Below, piece by piece: positions 21,270-31,706 of a DNA stretch of 64,000 nt. The position numbers were made by a program, and so were the translations under genes. Numbering within the stretch: position 1 is the first letter of the stretch; each line of letters starts with the position of its first letter. This DNA comes from Wickerhamiella versatilis (lineage: Eukaryota). The stretch covers positions 2,170,001 to 2,234,000 of the forward strand of contig JAQOWU010000007.1 in the NCBI GenBank assembly GCA_030867685.1, read 5' to 3'. The notes under the pieces are model-generated. The model did no database searches. It had not been told where the DNA came from and worked only from the letters and a program-made list of their open reading frames with translations.

Positions 21270-22988
21270 ATGGCAACTTTCTCGAATAGTATTGATCAAG
21301 GCGAATCCATTGCTGAGCGTATTTATCGGATCACAGAAGACATATCTGATCTCAAAGGGTTCTTCAATGTCAGCATATCGGAGGCTAGGGAGAAGCGCCT
21401 TGGTGAATACTATAAAGACGAGCTTGCCAAACTTGAGTCTCTCAACATTGAATATTATGACCAGAACAGCAAGGTTGACTTCATACTAATTAAGAACTAT
21501 CTTGAACGTGAGCTTGACAACTTGGTGCTAAATAGTAGCCTGAACGCAAAAGCTTCGCCACTGTTCTCCCCTTTTGCTCCAATTCTTGTGCGTCTCTTGG
21601 AACAAAGAGCTAATGTTATGCCAATAGTTCAAAAAAATATTGCCGAGGATTTAATGCTAGTGCAAGCTGGTATATCACAGGTAAACAGACGAGTTGACAG
21701 TGCTTCTGATGATATTGGAGTATCAAACGCCTATAGGGCCTCAAAAATTATCGACGATTTACGTGCTAAGCTTTCGGAGTGGTTCAATTTCTATGTTGAT
21801 TACGATCCATTGTTTACATGGTGGGTGAGTGCGCCTTATTCTAGAGTTGATGCAGGTCTAACCGAACTTGCTAGGGCGATACGCGAAAAGTTGGTTCATA
21901 TCCCACCTGATGGCAATGAGGGTGATGCTATAGTGGGTGAGCCCATTGGTCGACAAGGCCTGGTCGATGAGCTGAAAGCAGAAATGATTGATTATTCTCC
22001 AGAAGAAATCCTCGCTATCGCAGATAGGGAATTCGCATGGTGCGAAACTCAGCTAATAAAGATAAGTCGGGAACTTGGCTATAGTGATGGCTGGCATGCC
22101 GCTATGGAGTATGTGAAAACCTTATGTGTGGAGCCAGGACAGCAGCGGTATCTTGTCCAAGACCTGGCCAAAGAGGCCATTGAATTCGTTGAAAAATACG
22201 ATCTAGTTACGATTCCACCTGTTGCTAAGGTTTGGCCGACATATATGATGTCTCCGAAGAACCAGAAGATTAACCCCTTCTTCCTGGGGGGTGATTCTAT
22301 CATTGTTTCGTACCCAACGAGCTCTATGTCTCACGAAGACAAGATGATGAGTATGAAAGGGAATAACATTCACTTTTCACGTGCAACCGTATTCCACGAG
22401 CTGATTCCTGGTCACCACCTCCAGACATATATGATTAAAAGATACCGGCCTTATAGGTTACTCTTTGATACGCCATTTTGGATTGAGGGGTGGTCTCTCT
22501 ATTGGGAGTTCAAGCTCTGGGACGATGTACGGTTTAGGAAGACCCCCGAAAATCGTATGGGAATGCTATTCTGGCGCCTTCATCGTTGTGCACGTATACT
22601 GTTTTCGGTGAATTACCATCTCGGGCGAATGTCGCCTAAGGAGTGCGTTGACTTCTTGGTGAAAGAAGTTGGTCACGAACCGGCCAATGCTGAAGGTGAG
22701 GTGCGCCGTTCATTATCAGGAGAATATTCTCCTCTCTACCAAGCAGCCTATATGCTTGGCGCCCTGCAAATTAGATCGTTGCACCGTGAATTGGTCGAAA
22801 AACTTAAACTATACAGTGAAAAGGAGTTCAATGATACAATAATGAGGAGTAACAATATGCCCATAGGAATGTTACGGGCCTTGATGTTGAACGAAGAAAT
22901 TACGAGGGACTTTAAACCAGACTGGAGGTTCTACGGCGACCTTGGCTTCGAGGAATATTGGACACCAATAAATTTAAGTTCGACTTAA
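21270..22988 (+). CDS. DUF885-family protein, putative zinc metallopeptidase
   Basis: HELIPGHHLQ and WIEGWSLYWE metal-site-like motifs, FWRLHRCARI, EGEVRRS, YQAAYMLG. Start is ATG 21270 or 21198. Confidence 0.85.
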   Translation: MATFSNSIDQGESIAERIYRITEDISDLKGFFNVSISEAREKRLGEYYKDELAKLESLNIEYYDQNSKVDFILIKNYLERELDNLVLNSSLNAKASPLFSPFAPILVRLLEQRANVMPIVQKNIAEDLMLVQAGISQVNRRVDSASDDIGVSNAYRASKIIDDLRAKLSEWFNFYVDYDPLFTWWVSAPYSRVDAGLTELARAIREKLVHIPPDGNEGDAIVGEPIGRQGLVDELKAEMIDYSPEEILAIADREFAWCETQLIKISRELGYSDGWHAAMEYVKTLCVEPGQQRYLVQDLAKEAIEFVEKYDLVTIPPVAKVWPTYMMSPKNQKINPFFLGGDSIIVSYPTSSMSHEDKMMSMKGNNIHFSRATVFHELIPGHHLQTYMIKRYRPYRLLFDTPFWIEGWSLYWEFKLWDDVRFRKTPENRMGMLFWRLHRCARILFSVNYHLGRMSPKECVDFLVKEVGHEPANAEGEVRRSLSGEYSPLYQAAYMLGALQIRSLHRELVEKLKLYSEKEFNDTIMRSNNMPIGMLRALMLNEEITRDFKPDWRFYGDLGFEEYWTPINLSST

Positions 22989-23240
22989 TATTCTGAACAT
23001 CTTAAATCACTATTCCTGATTGAAGCTTCTATTTTTATAGTAGAGCTAGTGAAAGCTACTATTTTTTCAAAAGTCTGTAAATATGATAAGCAATTAGGCA
23101 AGTGATAGGCAGAGAGATTTATATGTTTTTCAGATGTTTTGCAGCTTTCGAATCTATACCTGACTTTTTGTAGCAGCAGACCAGACCGGCTAGGAAGATA
23201 GGTAATTAAAGAGTAAGATACGCAAGAAAATTACATAATT

Positions 23241-23277
23241 TAAAATTTCATTTGGGTAAGGAAAAAAATGAAAAAAT
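23241..23277 (+). promoter_or_regulatory. RRPE-like ribosome-biogenesis elements upstream of NSR1
   Basis: AAAATTTCA and TGAAAAAAT just 5' of the NSR1 ATG. Confidence 0.5.
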
Positions 23278-23293
23278 AAGATTTCTAACAACG

Positions 23294-24955
23294 ATGGGGT
23301 CTAAAGAGAAGGTTGCGAAAAGCACGACAAAGGTGCCCAAGACGGCCACTAAAAAAGATGACAAAAAGGCCAATGGCACTAAAGCGACGAAAGTAACCAA
23401 GAAAGAAACTCCTGAGGAAAGTTCATCGTCGGACGATGAATCAAGCTCAGATTCCGAGGATTCCGACTCTTCCAAGAGCAGCTCTAGTTCTGACTCTGAC
23501 TCTAGCTCTGACTCTGATTCGGATGACTCTAGTAGTTCTGACTCCGAAAGCGAATCTGACAAGAAGAAGAAGGTGAGCAAGAGTGAATCTCAGAAGAAGG
23601 AAAAGAGCAAGAGCAAAGCTAGCAGCAGCTCTTCAGATAGTGATTCTGATGACAGCAGCTCCGACTCTGACGAGGAAGAGCCGCAAGTCAAGAAGTCAAG
23701 CGGTTCAAGCAGCTCTGACAGCTCTGACAGTTCTGATTCTGAAGACGAGAAAAAGGAGGCTTCTTCCAGCGACTCAGACAGTTCTTCAGACTCAGACAGC
23801 TCTTCGGACTCTAAGAAGGAAAGCACCAAGCAAAAGGAAAGTGAGTCCTCTAGCGACTCTGACAGCTCATCCTCTGACTCTGACTCTGACTCCGATTCTG
23901 ACTCTGACTCTGATTCTGACTCTGACTCTGACTCTGATTCTAAGTCTGAGTCCAAGTCTAAGTCCGAGTCTAAGTCCAAGTCTAAGGGTGATGCGAAAAA
24001 GAAGCAGGAGTCCTCAAGTAGCTCTGACAGCTCGTCTGACGACGAGTCTGACGATGAGAGCTCAGATGATAGTTCTAACTCGTCGTCTAGCGACAGTGAT
24101 TCTTCAAGTTCATCTGATTCTGATTCTGATTCTGACTCTGATTCTGAATCTGAGAACAAATCTAAATCTGAGGAAACGCAAAAGCAGCCCGAAAAACGTA
24201 AGGGACCTGATGAAGAGACGACCCAACCTGAAACGACAAACAAGCGAGTGAAGACCGATGATTATGAGAATGAAGGATCCACCACTTTGTTTGTTGGACG
24301 CCTTTCCTGGAACGTTGATGATGCCTGGCTACTACAGGATTTCCAGGCCACAGTCGAAGGTGCTGTAGATGCCCGTGTTATAACTGAACGCGGAACAGGC
24401 CGCTCAAAGGGATTTGGATACGTTGACTTTGAGTCACCCAAGGCTGCAAATGCGGCAGTTGAGTTGATGGAGGGGCGTGAGATTGATGGCAGGCCGATTC
24501 ATGTTGATCTTTCAAGTGGTACTCGCAAGCAGCAGCCTGCGACTCCTCAAGCGCGTGCTAATGACCGTGCATCATCATACGGGGATCAACGTAGCGAGCC
24601 CAGTGACACTCTTTTCGTTGGTAACTTGTCATTCAATTGCGACAGAGACACGCTCTACAATGCTTTCGCTGAGTGGGGCAACGTACTTACTGTCAGAATC
24701 CCTACTTTCCCCGAGACTCAACAGCCTAAAGGATTCGGCTATGTACAGTTTGCATCGATTGACGATGCCAAGGCTGCTCTTGACGGTCTCTCTGGCCAAT
24801 ATGTGGCAGGTCGCCCTGTAAGACTGGACTTCTCGGTGCCCCGTCAAGGTGCTTCTTTCGGAGGTGGTGGTGGCAACCGTGGCTTTAATAGCAGGCCTCA
24901 GTCTCGTCAAAGCACACCACAGCAGCAGCCCCACGGCAAAAAAATTACTTTCTAA
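23294..24955 (+). CDS. NSR1: Nucleolin homolog Nsr1/Gar2
   Basis: Ser/acidic N-terminus, two RRMs (TLFVGRLSW...RSKGFGYVDF; TLFVGNLSF...KGFGYVQF), C-terminal GKKITF. Confidence 0.95.
   Translation: MGSKEKVAKSTTKVPKTATKKDDKKANGTKATKVTKKETPEESSSSDDESSSDSEDSDSSKSSSSSDSDSSSDSDSDDSSSSDSESESDKKKKVSKSESQKKEKSKSKASSSSSDSDSDDSSSDSDEEEPQVKKSSGSSSSDSSDSSDSEDEKKEASSSDSDSSSDSDSSSDSKKESTKQKESESSSDSDSSSSDSDSDSDSDSDSDSDSDSDSDSKSESKSKSESKSKSKGDAKKKQESSSSSDSSSDDESDDESSDDSSNSSSSDSDSSSSSDSDSDSDSDSESENKSKSEETQKQPEKRKGPDEETTQPETTNKRVKTDDYENEGSTTLFVGRLSWNVDDAWLLQDFQATVEGAVDARVITERGTGRSKGFGYVDFESPKAANAAVELMEGREIDGRPIHVDLSSGTRKQQPATPQARANDRASSYGDQRSEPSDTLFVGNLSFNCDRDTLYNAFAEWGNVLTVRIPTFPETQQPKGFGYVQFASIDDAKAALDGLSGQYVAGRPVRLDFSVPRQGASFGGGGGNRGFNSRPQSRQSTPQQQPHGKKITF
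23873..23986 (+). repeat. Coding hexamer repeats (TCTGAC)n = (SD)n followed by (SK/SE)n in NSR1
   Basis: Visible tandem TCTGAC/TCTGAT then TCTAAG/TCCAAG units. Confidence 0.9.
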
Positions 24956-25003
24956 TCGTTATTGTTATATGTAGATTAAACCGCGCTTACCTCATTAAAT
25001 ACT

Positions 25004-27652
25004 ATGTCCGATGGTGTACCTAGGGAACCACATAATTCCGGGGCTCTCCCGAGGTTTTCTGTAATTGTTGAGCTTTGCGAAAAACTTGAGGGAATATACG
25101 GACAGAGATCTCAAGAACGACGACGACAAGTGATTGTCAGCTTTTATCAGTGGTGGCGGCAGCATGTTGGTAATGATATCTTCCCCGCCATGAGGCTGTT
25201 GCTACCTCAGGTTGACAGTGAAATAAGACAACTCTATCTGCTTCAGGAGAAAAGATTGGGCAAATTACTTGCAAAAGCACTAGGGCTGGCCCCGGTGACT
25301 GCGGAGTATAAAAACTTGGTTAATTATCGCTCAGATACGCGAATGCGCTCTAATTTTGCAGATATCGCGTATGAAACCGTGTTGAGACGGTCTACCATTG
25401 AGTCTTGGAGTAATCTCGATTTAGGACAACTTGCAGAGGTGCTCAGGCAACTCTCCAACCAAAAGCAGCAAGAGCAACAGAAAACACTGGAATTCCTACT
25501 GAGCTGCATGTGTGCACGGGAAATGAAGTGGGTATTTCGTATTATACTCAGAAATATGAGACTTCATGTTACAGAGAAGGTGCTTCTGCTTTACTGGCAT
25601 CCTGATGCTGTGGACTTATTAAATGTGACTTCCAATTTAGAGTATGTTTGCCACACTTTATGGGATCCTACTAAATCTTTAGATAGTGGGGAGCGTGAGA
25701 TACAGCCCATGCGCTGCTTTAAGCCTATGCGCACTCTATTCAAAAAACGTGCCCTGGCAGATTTTGAGGGTATTCGTGCATTGATGCCTGAAGAAGGTTT
25801 TTTCATAGAAGAAAAGATTGATGGAGAGCGGATTCAGATACATTTATGTGACAGAAAATTGCGATATTTTAGCCGACGAGGCCAAGATTTCACGGACCTT
25901 TACGGTGGCTCATTGGATAGCCGGGAAGGTTCATTGACCCCGCATTTGGCAAAGTTGTTGAATGTCAGTCAAATAAACCGATTGATTCTAGATGGCGAAA
26001 TGGTTGCCTGGGATTCTGCACATGACGAGATATGTTCCCTAACTAAGGTGAAGCAGGCTGCTCGCTCCTCCTATGAAGGAGGAAGATCCCCTTGGAGACC
26101 ACTTTTTATGGCATTTGACTGTCTGCACGTCAATGGCAAAGACTTGTCAAACTTTGCATTGGCTCAGCGCAAGAGCATGCTGGAGCGGGTTCTTCCTCCT
26201 GAACGAAGAAAAGACGCTCGAGGATATATAGAGATATTGCCATATAAATGGTCTCAGTCCAGTCAGAGTATCCGGGAAGAATTTGAGAGACTCACGAAGC
26301 ACATGTCTGAAGGGCTTGTCGTGAAAAACCCATTAAGTCGATACATTACTGATGCAAGGAACGATGCTTGGGTGAAAGTTAAACCAGAATTTATGGCAGG
26401 ATTTGAGGGAGAAAACTTCGACCTTGCCGTGCTTGGTGGTTATCGTGGAGCTGGTCATCTTTCAGGCTTGTACTCAAGTTATTTGATGGGACTGCGTCGT
26501 GGGTCAGGCACCTTTGCCAGCGTATGTCGCGTGGGCTCTGGATTCTGTACTGCTTTCTACGAGAAAATTCGGGACCTCACGAAGGATGCGTGGGGTCCTG
26601 ATCGACCGCACTGGATGAATGTTTCCAAAGAGCGAGCTGACAGCTATATCCAGGATCCAACCAAAATCTTAATATTTGAAGTGAAGGCTACGCAGATCAC
26701 AGAAAGCGATCGTTACGGTTCTGGCTGGTCACTTCGTTTCCCACGCTTTGTGACTCTTCGTGATGATAAGGGTGTGGAAGATTGCTTGACAGTGGCTGAC
26801 TTCGAGAAATATCGCCTGTCGAATGAACAGAAGCCGAAGCCAGGTAAAAGAGTGCCTTCTTCAGATGATGAAGAAAGCGCAGAGCAGCCAAAAAAGAAGC
26901 TGGTCACCCCTGTGGTAGAAATTAAAAATGATAAGTCGCACTTGTTCTCTGGTCTGAGGTTTTTTGTTGCTGGCGACGCCTCAGTACCGCGAAATATGTC
27001 AATTCTGGACTTGGAACGTCTAATTAAGGAAAATGGAGGTGCCTTGGTACGCCGACCAGAACCAGATGCTATAGCGATCGCTGACAAGCGTTTAGCAAGA
27101 GTCGCGACCCTCATTGACAGCCACAAGCTTGTGGCTCACCCTCGATGGCTCTTGGATTGTTGCCTAAACAACCGCCTTTTGGCCTATGAGCCAGACCATC
27201 TGCTTTCAGCCCCACCGACAGATATGGCGCTAGCGAAAGAAAATGTGGACAAATATGGATTCAGCAAAACAAGATTAATGAGTGATACTGAGGTAGCCGA
27301 ACATCTCAAGAATGTGGATCCTGTACTCAAAGAAGATGGTCTTTTAGATCGAGCTGCCTTGGAGATTGCAAGTGTGCATACAGGAAAACAAAATCGACGT
27401 CTTATTTTCGCGGGCATACGCGGGTATTTAGTGACTGAGGATGATCTTATCCCTGAGATGCTCAGATATGGAGGAGCGCGCTTAGTGTCGGACCCAGTGG
27501 AAGGTGACGCTACCCATGTAATCTGCGATGGTAAGGTTCAGCTTCCTGACAACTTGCCCCAAAGGCCGTATTTGGTCAAACCTCAGTGGGTTTTGGACTG
27601 CTGGAGGGAGCTATCTACCCTCGAAGAAAGCGTATATCGTGTTGATCCATAG
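25004..27652 (+). CDS. DNL4: DNA ligase IV (NHEJ)
   Basis: EEKIDGERIQ adenylation motif, LDGEM, EGLVVK, WVKVKPEF, SLRFPRF, two C-terminal BRCT domains. Confidence 0.95.
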   Translation: MSDGVPREPHNSGALPRFSVIVELCEKLEGIYGQRSQERRRQVIVSFYQWWRQHVGNDIFPAMRLLLPQVDSEIRQLYLLQEKRLGKLLAKALGLAPVTAEYKNLVNYRSDTRMRSNFADIAYETVLRRSTIESWSNLDLGQLAEVLRQLSNQKQQEQQKTLEFLLSCMCAREMKWVFRIILRNMRLHVTEKVLLLYWHPDAVDLLNVTSNLEYVCHTLWDPTKSLDSGEREIQPMRCFKPMRTLFKKRALADFEGIRALMPEEGFFIEEKIDGERIQIHLCDRKLRYFSRRGQDFTDLYGGSLDSREGSLTPHLAKLLNVSQINRLILDGEMVAWDSAHDEICSLTKVKQAARSSYEGGRSPWRPLFMAFDCLHVNGKDLSNFALAQRKSMLERVLPPERRKDARGYIEILPYKWSQSSQSIREEFERLTKHMSEGLVVKNPLSRYITDARNDAWVKVKPEFMAGFEGENFDLAVLGGYRGAGHLSGLYSSYLMGLRRGSGTFASVCRVGSGFCTAFYEKIRDLTKDAWGPDRPHWMNVSKERADSYIQDPTKILIFEVKATQITESDRYGSGWSLRFPRFVTLRDDKGVEDCLTVADFEKYRLSNEQKPKPGKRVPSSDDEESAEQPKKKLVTPVVEIKNDKSHLFSGLRFFVAGDASVPRNMSILDLERLIKENGGALVRRPEPDAIAIADKRLARVATLIDSHKLVAHPRWLLDCCLNNRLLAYEPDHLLSAPPTDMALAKENVDKYGFSKTRLMSDTEVAEHLKNVDPVLKEDGLLDRAALEIASVHTGKQNRRLIFAGIRGYLVTEDDLIPEMLRYGGARLVSDPVEGDATHVICDGKVQLPDNLPQRPYLVKPQWVLDCWRELSTLEESVYRVDP

Positions 27653-27761
27653 TGTTGTTTAATTTATTTACGGAACTAATGTTTGTATGATAGTATGATA
27701 GTATATATGTTTGCTGCTTGCTTATCTACCACTAATAAGTGTCTCAAAAGAAATAAGTAGT

Positions 27762-28850
27762 CTACTCTTCAAACTTTTTGACAATGTCTGCATCAGCAAT
27801 TGCACCGCAAATAGTTTCGGTGATAATTCCAGTTACAAGATATGGGTCGATGTTCGAGGCAGGACGACGGTCCTCAAAGTATCCCTTGCCTTCCTTGGCA
27901 ACAGAGCGGGGGATACGAACCGAAGCACCACGGTTGGCTACACCCCAAGAGAACGATGCAGCACTTGCGGTCTCGTGACGGCCAGTAAGACGCTTGTCAT
28001 TATCATCACCATATACGGCAATGTGCTCCTTGTGGCGAGTGCCAAGCTTGGTAACAGCGGCTTCAATGGCCTTGATGCCACCCTCGGCGCGCATTGCGTC
28101 AGTCGAGACATTAGTGTGGCATCCAGCACCGTTCCAGTCACCCTCGAGTGGCTTCGGGTGGAAGGTCACCTTAACACCGAAGTCTTCAGAGACACGGTGA
28201 AGAATGTAGCGGGCGACGGTCAGCTCGTCACCCATCGAGATACCAAGGCATGGACCAACCTGGAACTCCCACTGGGATGGCATTACCTCCGCGTTCACAC
28301 CGCTGATGTTGACGCCAGCATAGAGACATGCACGGTAGTGCGCCTCGACGATATCACGGCAGTTAACCTTTCCGGTACCAACACCGCAGTAATAAGGACC
28401 TTGAGGGGCAGGGAACCCGCCTTGTGGCCATGCGTAGATACCACCGTACTTGTCCAACAAGGTGTACTCCTGTTCAATACCGAACCAAAGTTTCTCGGAC
28501 TCGTAGGCCTTCATAAGTTTTGCGCATTCGTGGCGATAATTAGTACGGTTCGGGGTGCCATCGTTGTTCCAGCACTCGGCAAGCACAATCAAGTTCTTGC
28601 CACCACGGAACGGATCAGGGTACATGGCCACGGGACGCAGGTAGACGTCAGAGTTATTACCGGGGGCCTGCTCAGTGGATGAACCGTCGAAGTTCCATTC
28701 GGGCAAGTCATCGATTGACGCGGGCGACTTTGAGAGTGTCTTACACTTGGAGCGGATCTCGTTGGTGCCATCGATCCAGATGTACTCAGCAAGCACCTTG
28801 TCTCCCTGCGGGAGCGCCAAGTACTTTTCCAGAGTTACTGTGTTACTCAT
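27762..28850 (-). CDS. GLN1: Glutamine synthetase (GS II)
   Basis: [54 protein letters not shown]. Confidence 0.98.
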   Translation of the reverse strand: MSNTVTLEKYLALPQGDKVLAEYIWIDGTNEIRSKCKTLSKSPASIDDLPEWNFDGSSTEQAPGNNSDVYLRPVAMYPDPFRGGKNLIVLAECWNNDGTPNRTNYRHECAKLMKAYESEKLWFGIEQEYTLLDKYGGIYAWPQGGFPAPQGPYYCGVGTGKVNCRDIVEAHYRACLYAGVNISGVNAEVMPSQWEFQVGPCLGISMGDELTVARYILHRVSEDFGVKVTFHPKPLEGDWNGAGCHTNVSTDAMRAEGGIKAIEAAVTKLGTRHKEHIAVYGDDNDKRLTGRHETASAASFSWGVANRGASVRIPRSVAKEGKGYFEDRRPASNIDPYLVTGIITETICGAIADADIVKKFEE

Positions 28851-29260
28851 TTGTCGCTAAAGCTTGTCAAAGGTAAAGATGATGCTGAGTTGTAGGTTGT
28901 GATTATAGATATATACTCAGGTAAGGAATATAGGGTTCGGGTCCCCAACACAAGTTTCCATAAAATTAAGTAGTTCATATAAAAAAAGAGGCTCTACAGA
29001 ATACATTTTCGCATTCTCTAATACTTTGTCTTGGATTCCTTGGCGAAGAACTTTTTGCCAACTTTTTATTGGCCCACTTGCGCTTGTTATCTATTGTATG
29101 GGCTAGGGTTTATTTAGTTGATACGAGGCGCAAGAGTCTAATATTAACCACTTTTGGGGAGACATTAATTCAAAATGTCTTTCTTGGCCTTTTATTTTTT
29201 TAAAAATTCTTTTTTTATAGCCCGCAGCCCGGTCTCAAGCTGCATTCCTGCCTCGGTAGT

Positions 29261-29269
29261 ATGACTCAT
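29261..29269. promoter_or_regulatory. Gcn4/AP-1 site upstream of GLN1
   Basis: Perfect ATGACTCAT about 410 bp upstream of the GLN1 ATG; GATA-type TTATC motifs nearby (about 29086 and 29360). Confidence 0.6.
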
Positions 29270-29470
29270 GATATGTCAGCTTGATCCCGAGGAGTGTTAA
29301 TCATGAATTATTTATATTATAAGGTACCAACCCACCTTGCCCACCTTGCCACGCGCGATTTATCTTATGCGCGTACTGATCAAAACGTGGGGTTATAATT
29401 TTTAATGCCAACTAGCTGATACGGAACTTATAATATGCCTATAATCCTGATATCTTAACCTCTTTTGTTT

Positions 29471-30997
29471 CTAGGATGTCTCTACCCATCCAAACGACCG
29501 CTCCACGGCGCGATGCCATTCTCGGAAGGAGCTGTTCCTATTATCATCATTGGTTTGAGGGGTGAAGTAGGATGTTTCGCCGGCAAAGGTCGTGATGTGC
29601 TCTTCTACGTCCTTAATGTCCTTCCACACACCAACTGCTAGACCAGCCATTATCGCGGCACCCAGGGCCGTAACTTCCTTCATTGCCGGGCGAATTAACT
29701 CTATTCCCGCAATGTCGGCCTGCAGTTGCATGATGGCATCAGAGGATGTGAGACCACCGTCCACTCTGAGCGTTCCCCGTGAGGTCCCCGAGTCTTTTGC
29801 CATTATCTCGTAGAGTTCACGGGTTTGGTAGCATACGGCCTCTACAGCAGCCCGCACAAGATGTGCTTTGGTTGAATACGATGTCAGACCCACCACAGTG
29901 CCTCTGGCGTCCGCCCGCCAGTACGGACTGAACAAGCCGCTGAAAGCGGTTACAAAATACACGCCAGCAGAGTTGGGCACTGACTCAATTAGATCACCCA
30001 CCTGATCGCTGGTTTCTATCAGTCCCATGTTATTCTTGAGCCACTTAATTACGCTGCCACAAACAGCCACCGATCCTTCTAGAGCGTACGCGGGCCTCTG
30101 GCCTGGAAGTTGGTATGCGATGGTGGTCAAAAGGCCATTATCAGTGAGAACAGGCTTGTCTCCCGTATTATATAGTAAGAAACACCCGGTGCCATAGGTA
30201 TTTTTCGCGTCACCTTTGTTAAACCCCATGTGGCCAACCAACGCGCTGGCCTGATCACCAACACACCCTGCTATAGGAAGTTCATGAAATGATCCCTCTG
30301 GATCATGGTAGGTACCATATACATGACTAGAACTCATAAGTTCTGGCAATATAAGTTTTTCAAATCCAAAGAACTTGATCAGTTCGTCATCGTACTGCAT
30401 CTTATCCAAATTCAACAGCATCGAGCGCGCTGCGTTCGACGCATCAGTGACGTGTACCTGGCCACCGCTAAGAGCATATATGATCCACGAATCGACGGTG
30501 CCAAAGCACAATTCCCCCTCCTCATAAACCCTCTGAACCTTAGCGTTGTTGTCAAGGAGCCATCGCACCTTCGTCGCAGCGAAGTATGCATTTATATACA
30601 GGCCACAAATTTCCTTCACACGATGTGCACCTGGCCTTCGCTGGAGCTTGTGTACCAATTCCTCGGTCCGCGTGTCGGACCACACTATAGCGTTGTGAAC
30701 CGGCTCCCCGGTACGGCGGTCCCAAAGAACACTGGTCTCGCGCTGGTTGGCTATCCCAAGTGCTTTTACATTGTCCAAGCGTATGTTTTTTGCTTCAAGC
30801 TGCAAACCAATTTGAGCAATGCATTCCCGGCAGGCTTCCACCAGCTGCATGGGATCATGTTCCACCCAGCCTGGCTTTGGGTATATCTGGACAAGCTCTA
30901 CCTGGTGTGCTGCAACCGGCAGTGCATTCTCGGTAAAGCACACTGCCCGGGCACTAGTTGTACCCTGATCAAGGGCAATCACCAGACGTTCTTCCAT
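29471..30997 (-). CDS. GUT1: Glycerol kinase
   Basis: ALDQGTTSAR, NQRETSVLWD, FGTVDSW, GDQ, KNTYGTGCF, YALEGSVA, FSGLFSPYW, VDGG. Confidence 0.96.
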   Translation of the reverse strand: MEERLVIALDQGTTSARAVCFTENALPVAAHQVELVQIYPKPGWVEHDPMQLVEACRECIAQIGLQLEAKNIRLDNVKALGIANQRETSVLWDRRTGEPVHNAIVWSDTRTEELVHKLQRRPGAHRVKEICGLYINAYFAATKVRWLLDNNAKVQRVYEEGELCFGTVDSWIIYALSGGQVHVTDASNAARSMLLNLDKMQYDDELIKFFGFEKLILPELMSSSHVYGTYHDPEGSFHELPIAGCVGDQASALVGHMGFNKGDAKNTYGTGCFLLYNTGDKPVLTDNGLLTTIAYQLPGQRPAYALEGSVAVCGSVIKWLKNNMGLIETSDQVGDLIESVPNSAGVYFVTAFSGLFSPYWRADARGTVVGLTSYSTKAHLVRAAVEAVCYQTRELYEIMAKDSGTSRGTLRVDGGLTSSDAIMQLQADIAGIELIRPAMKEVTALGAAIMAGLAVGVWKDIKDVEEHITTFAGETSYFTPQTNDDNRNSSFREWHRAVERSFGWVETS

Positions 30998-31235
30998 GCG
31001 GAGGCTGAGTCACCAGCTCTAGCAGCCCCTCTCTCTCACGATTTTCCAACCTAGAATAGGGTAACTGTCATCCGATTGTGTGCAAATATATCATAAACCG
31101 GCTTCAGCCAGTATCAGTTACCTAATTTACACTTAAATTATATGCGAGAAACTCATGTGGTATATTCTTTTCTTGGCGAGGTAATCAACGGTCAGCTGGC
31201 TAGCCAGAGGAGCGCTCTTTACCGGTTAGTCATCG

Positions 31236-31610
31236 ATGCCTGAGGCAAAGCGCTGGTTCCAATTTCTGTCTTATGCAGGAATATTTGTTGCCAGCGGGAT
31301 TATTTTCACGAAATACTTCACTCCGAGCGACGAAAAATTTCTGAATGAGTTGAGTCCCGAATTGAAGCGTCAGTACGAGGCGGAAAAAGCTATAAGGGCT
31401 CGGGCCGATGCCATCATGCAACGCAAAGCCGAGCAAACAAGCGATAACCCGGCATGGCTGCGAAGTTCAGAGGCCATGCGGCGCTTTGACAAACAAGTTA
31501 TTGAGCAAGCAAGAAAGGAGATAGAGGCAGAACGCAAGACATTTGTAGAAACCGAACAGCGGGCACAGCTTAAGGAGTTGGCAAAACTTGAAAAAAAAAG
31601 AGGCCAGTAA
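31236..31610 (+). CDS. CBP4: Cytochrome b assembly factor Cbp4
   Basis: Single N-terminal TM followed by YFTPSDEKFLNELSPELKRQYE and TSDNPAW. Confidence 0.85.
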   Translation: MPEAKRWFQFLSYAGIFVASGIIFTKYFTPSDEKFLNELSPELKRQYEAEKAIRARADAIMQRKAEQTSDNPAWLRSSEAMRRFDKQVIEQARKEIEAERKTFVETEQRAQLKELAKLEKKRGQ

Positions 31611-31706
31611 GGTAAAGGCTTTTCGTTTTTATTCATCGTAGTCATGGTAAGCATATACATTAATCTAATAAAGTCACTAGGCACCAGAATGCTGTTTTCT
31701 TCAGCT

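Noticed and set aside
23873-23986. Repeat array considered as CRISPR or satellite
   Set aside because: No spacers; in-frame low-complexity coding sequence in a eukaryote.
23248-24251. Alternative-frame and antisense ORFs (LT/SE-rich) in NSR1
   Set aside because: Products of the (TCTGAC)n coding repeat, which lacks stop codons in other frames.
27711-28682. 323-aa ORF antisense to GLN1
   Set aside because: Shadow ORF caused by the strong codon bias of a highly expressed gene; non-ATG start and no recognisable motifs.
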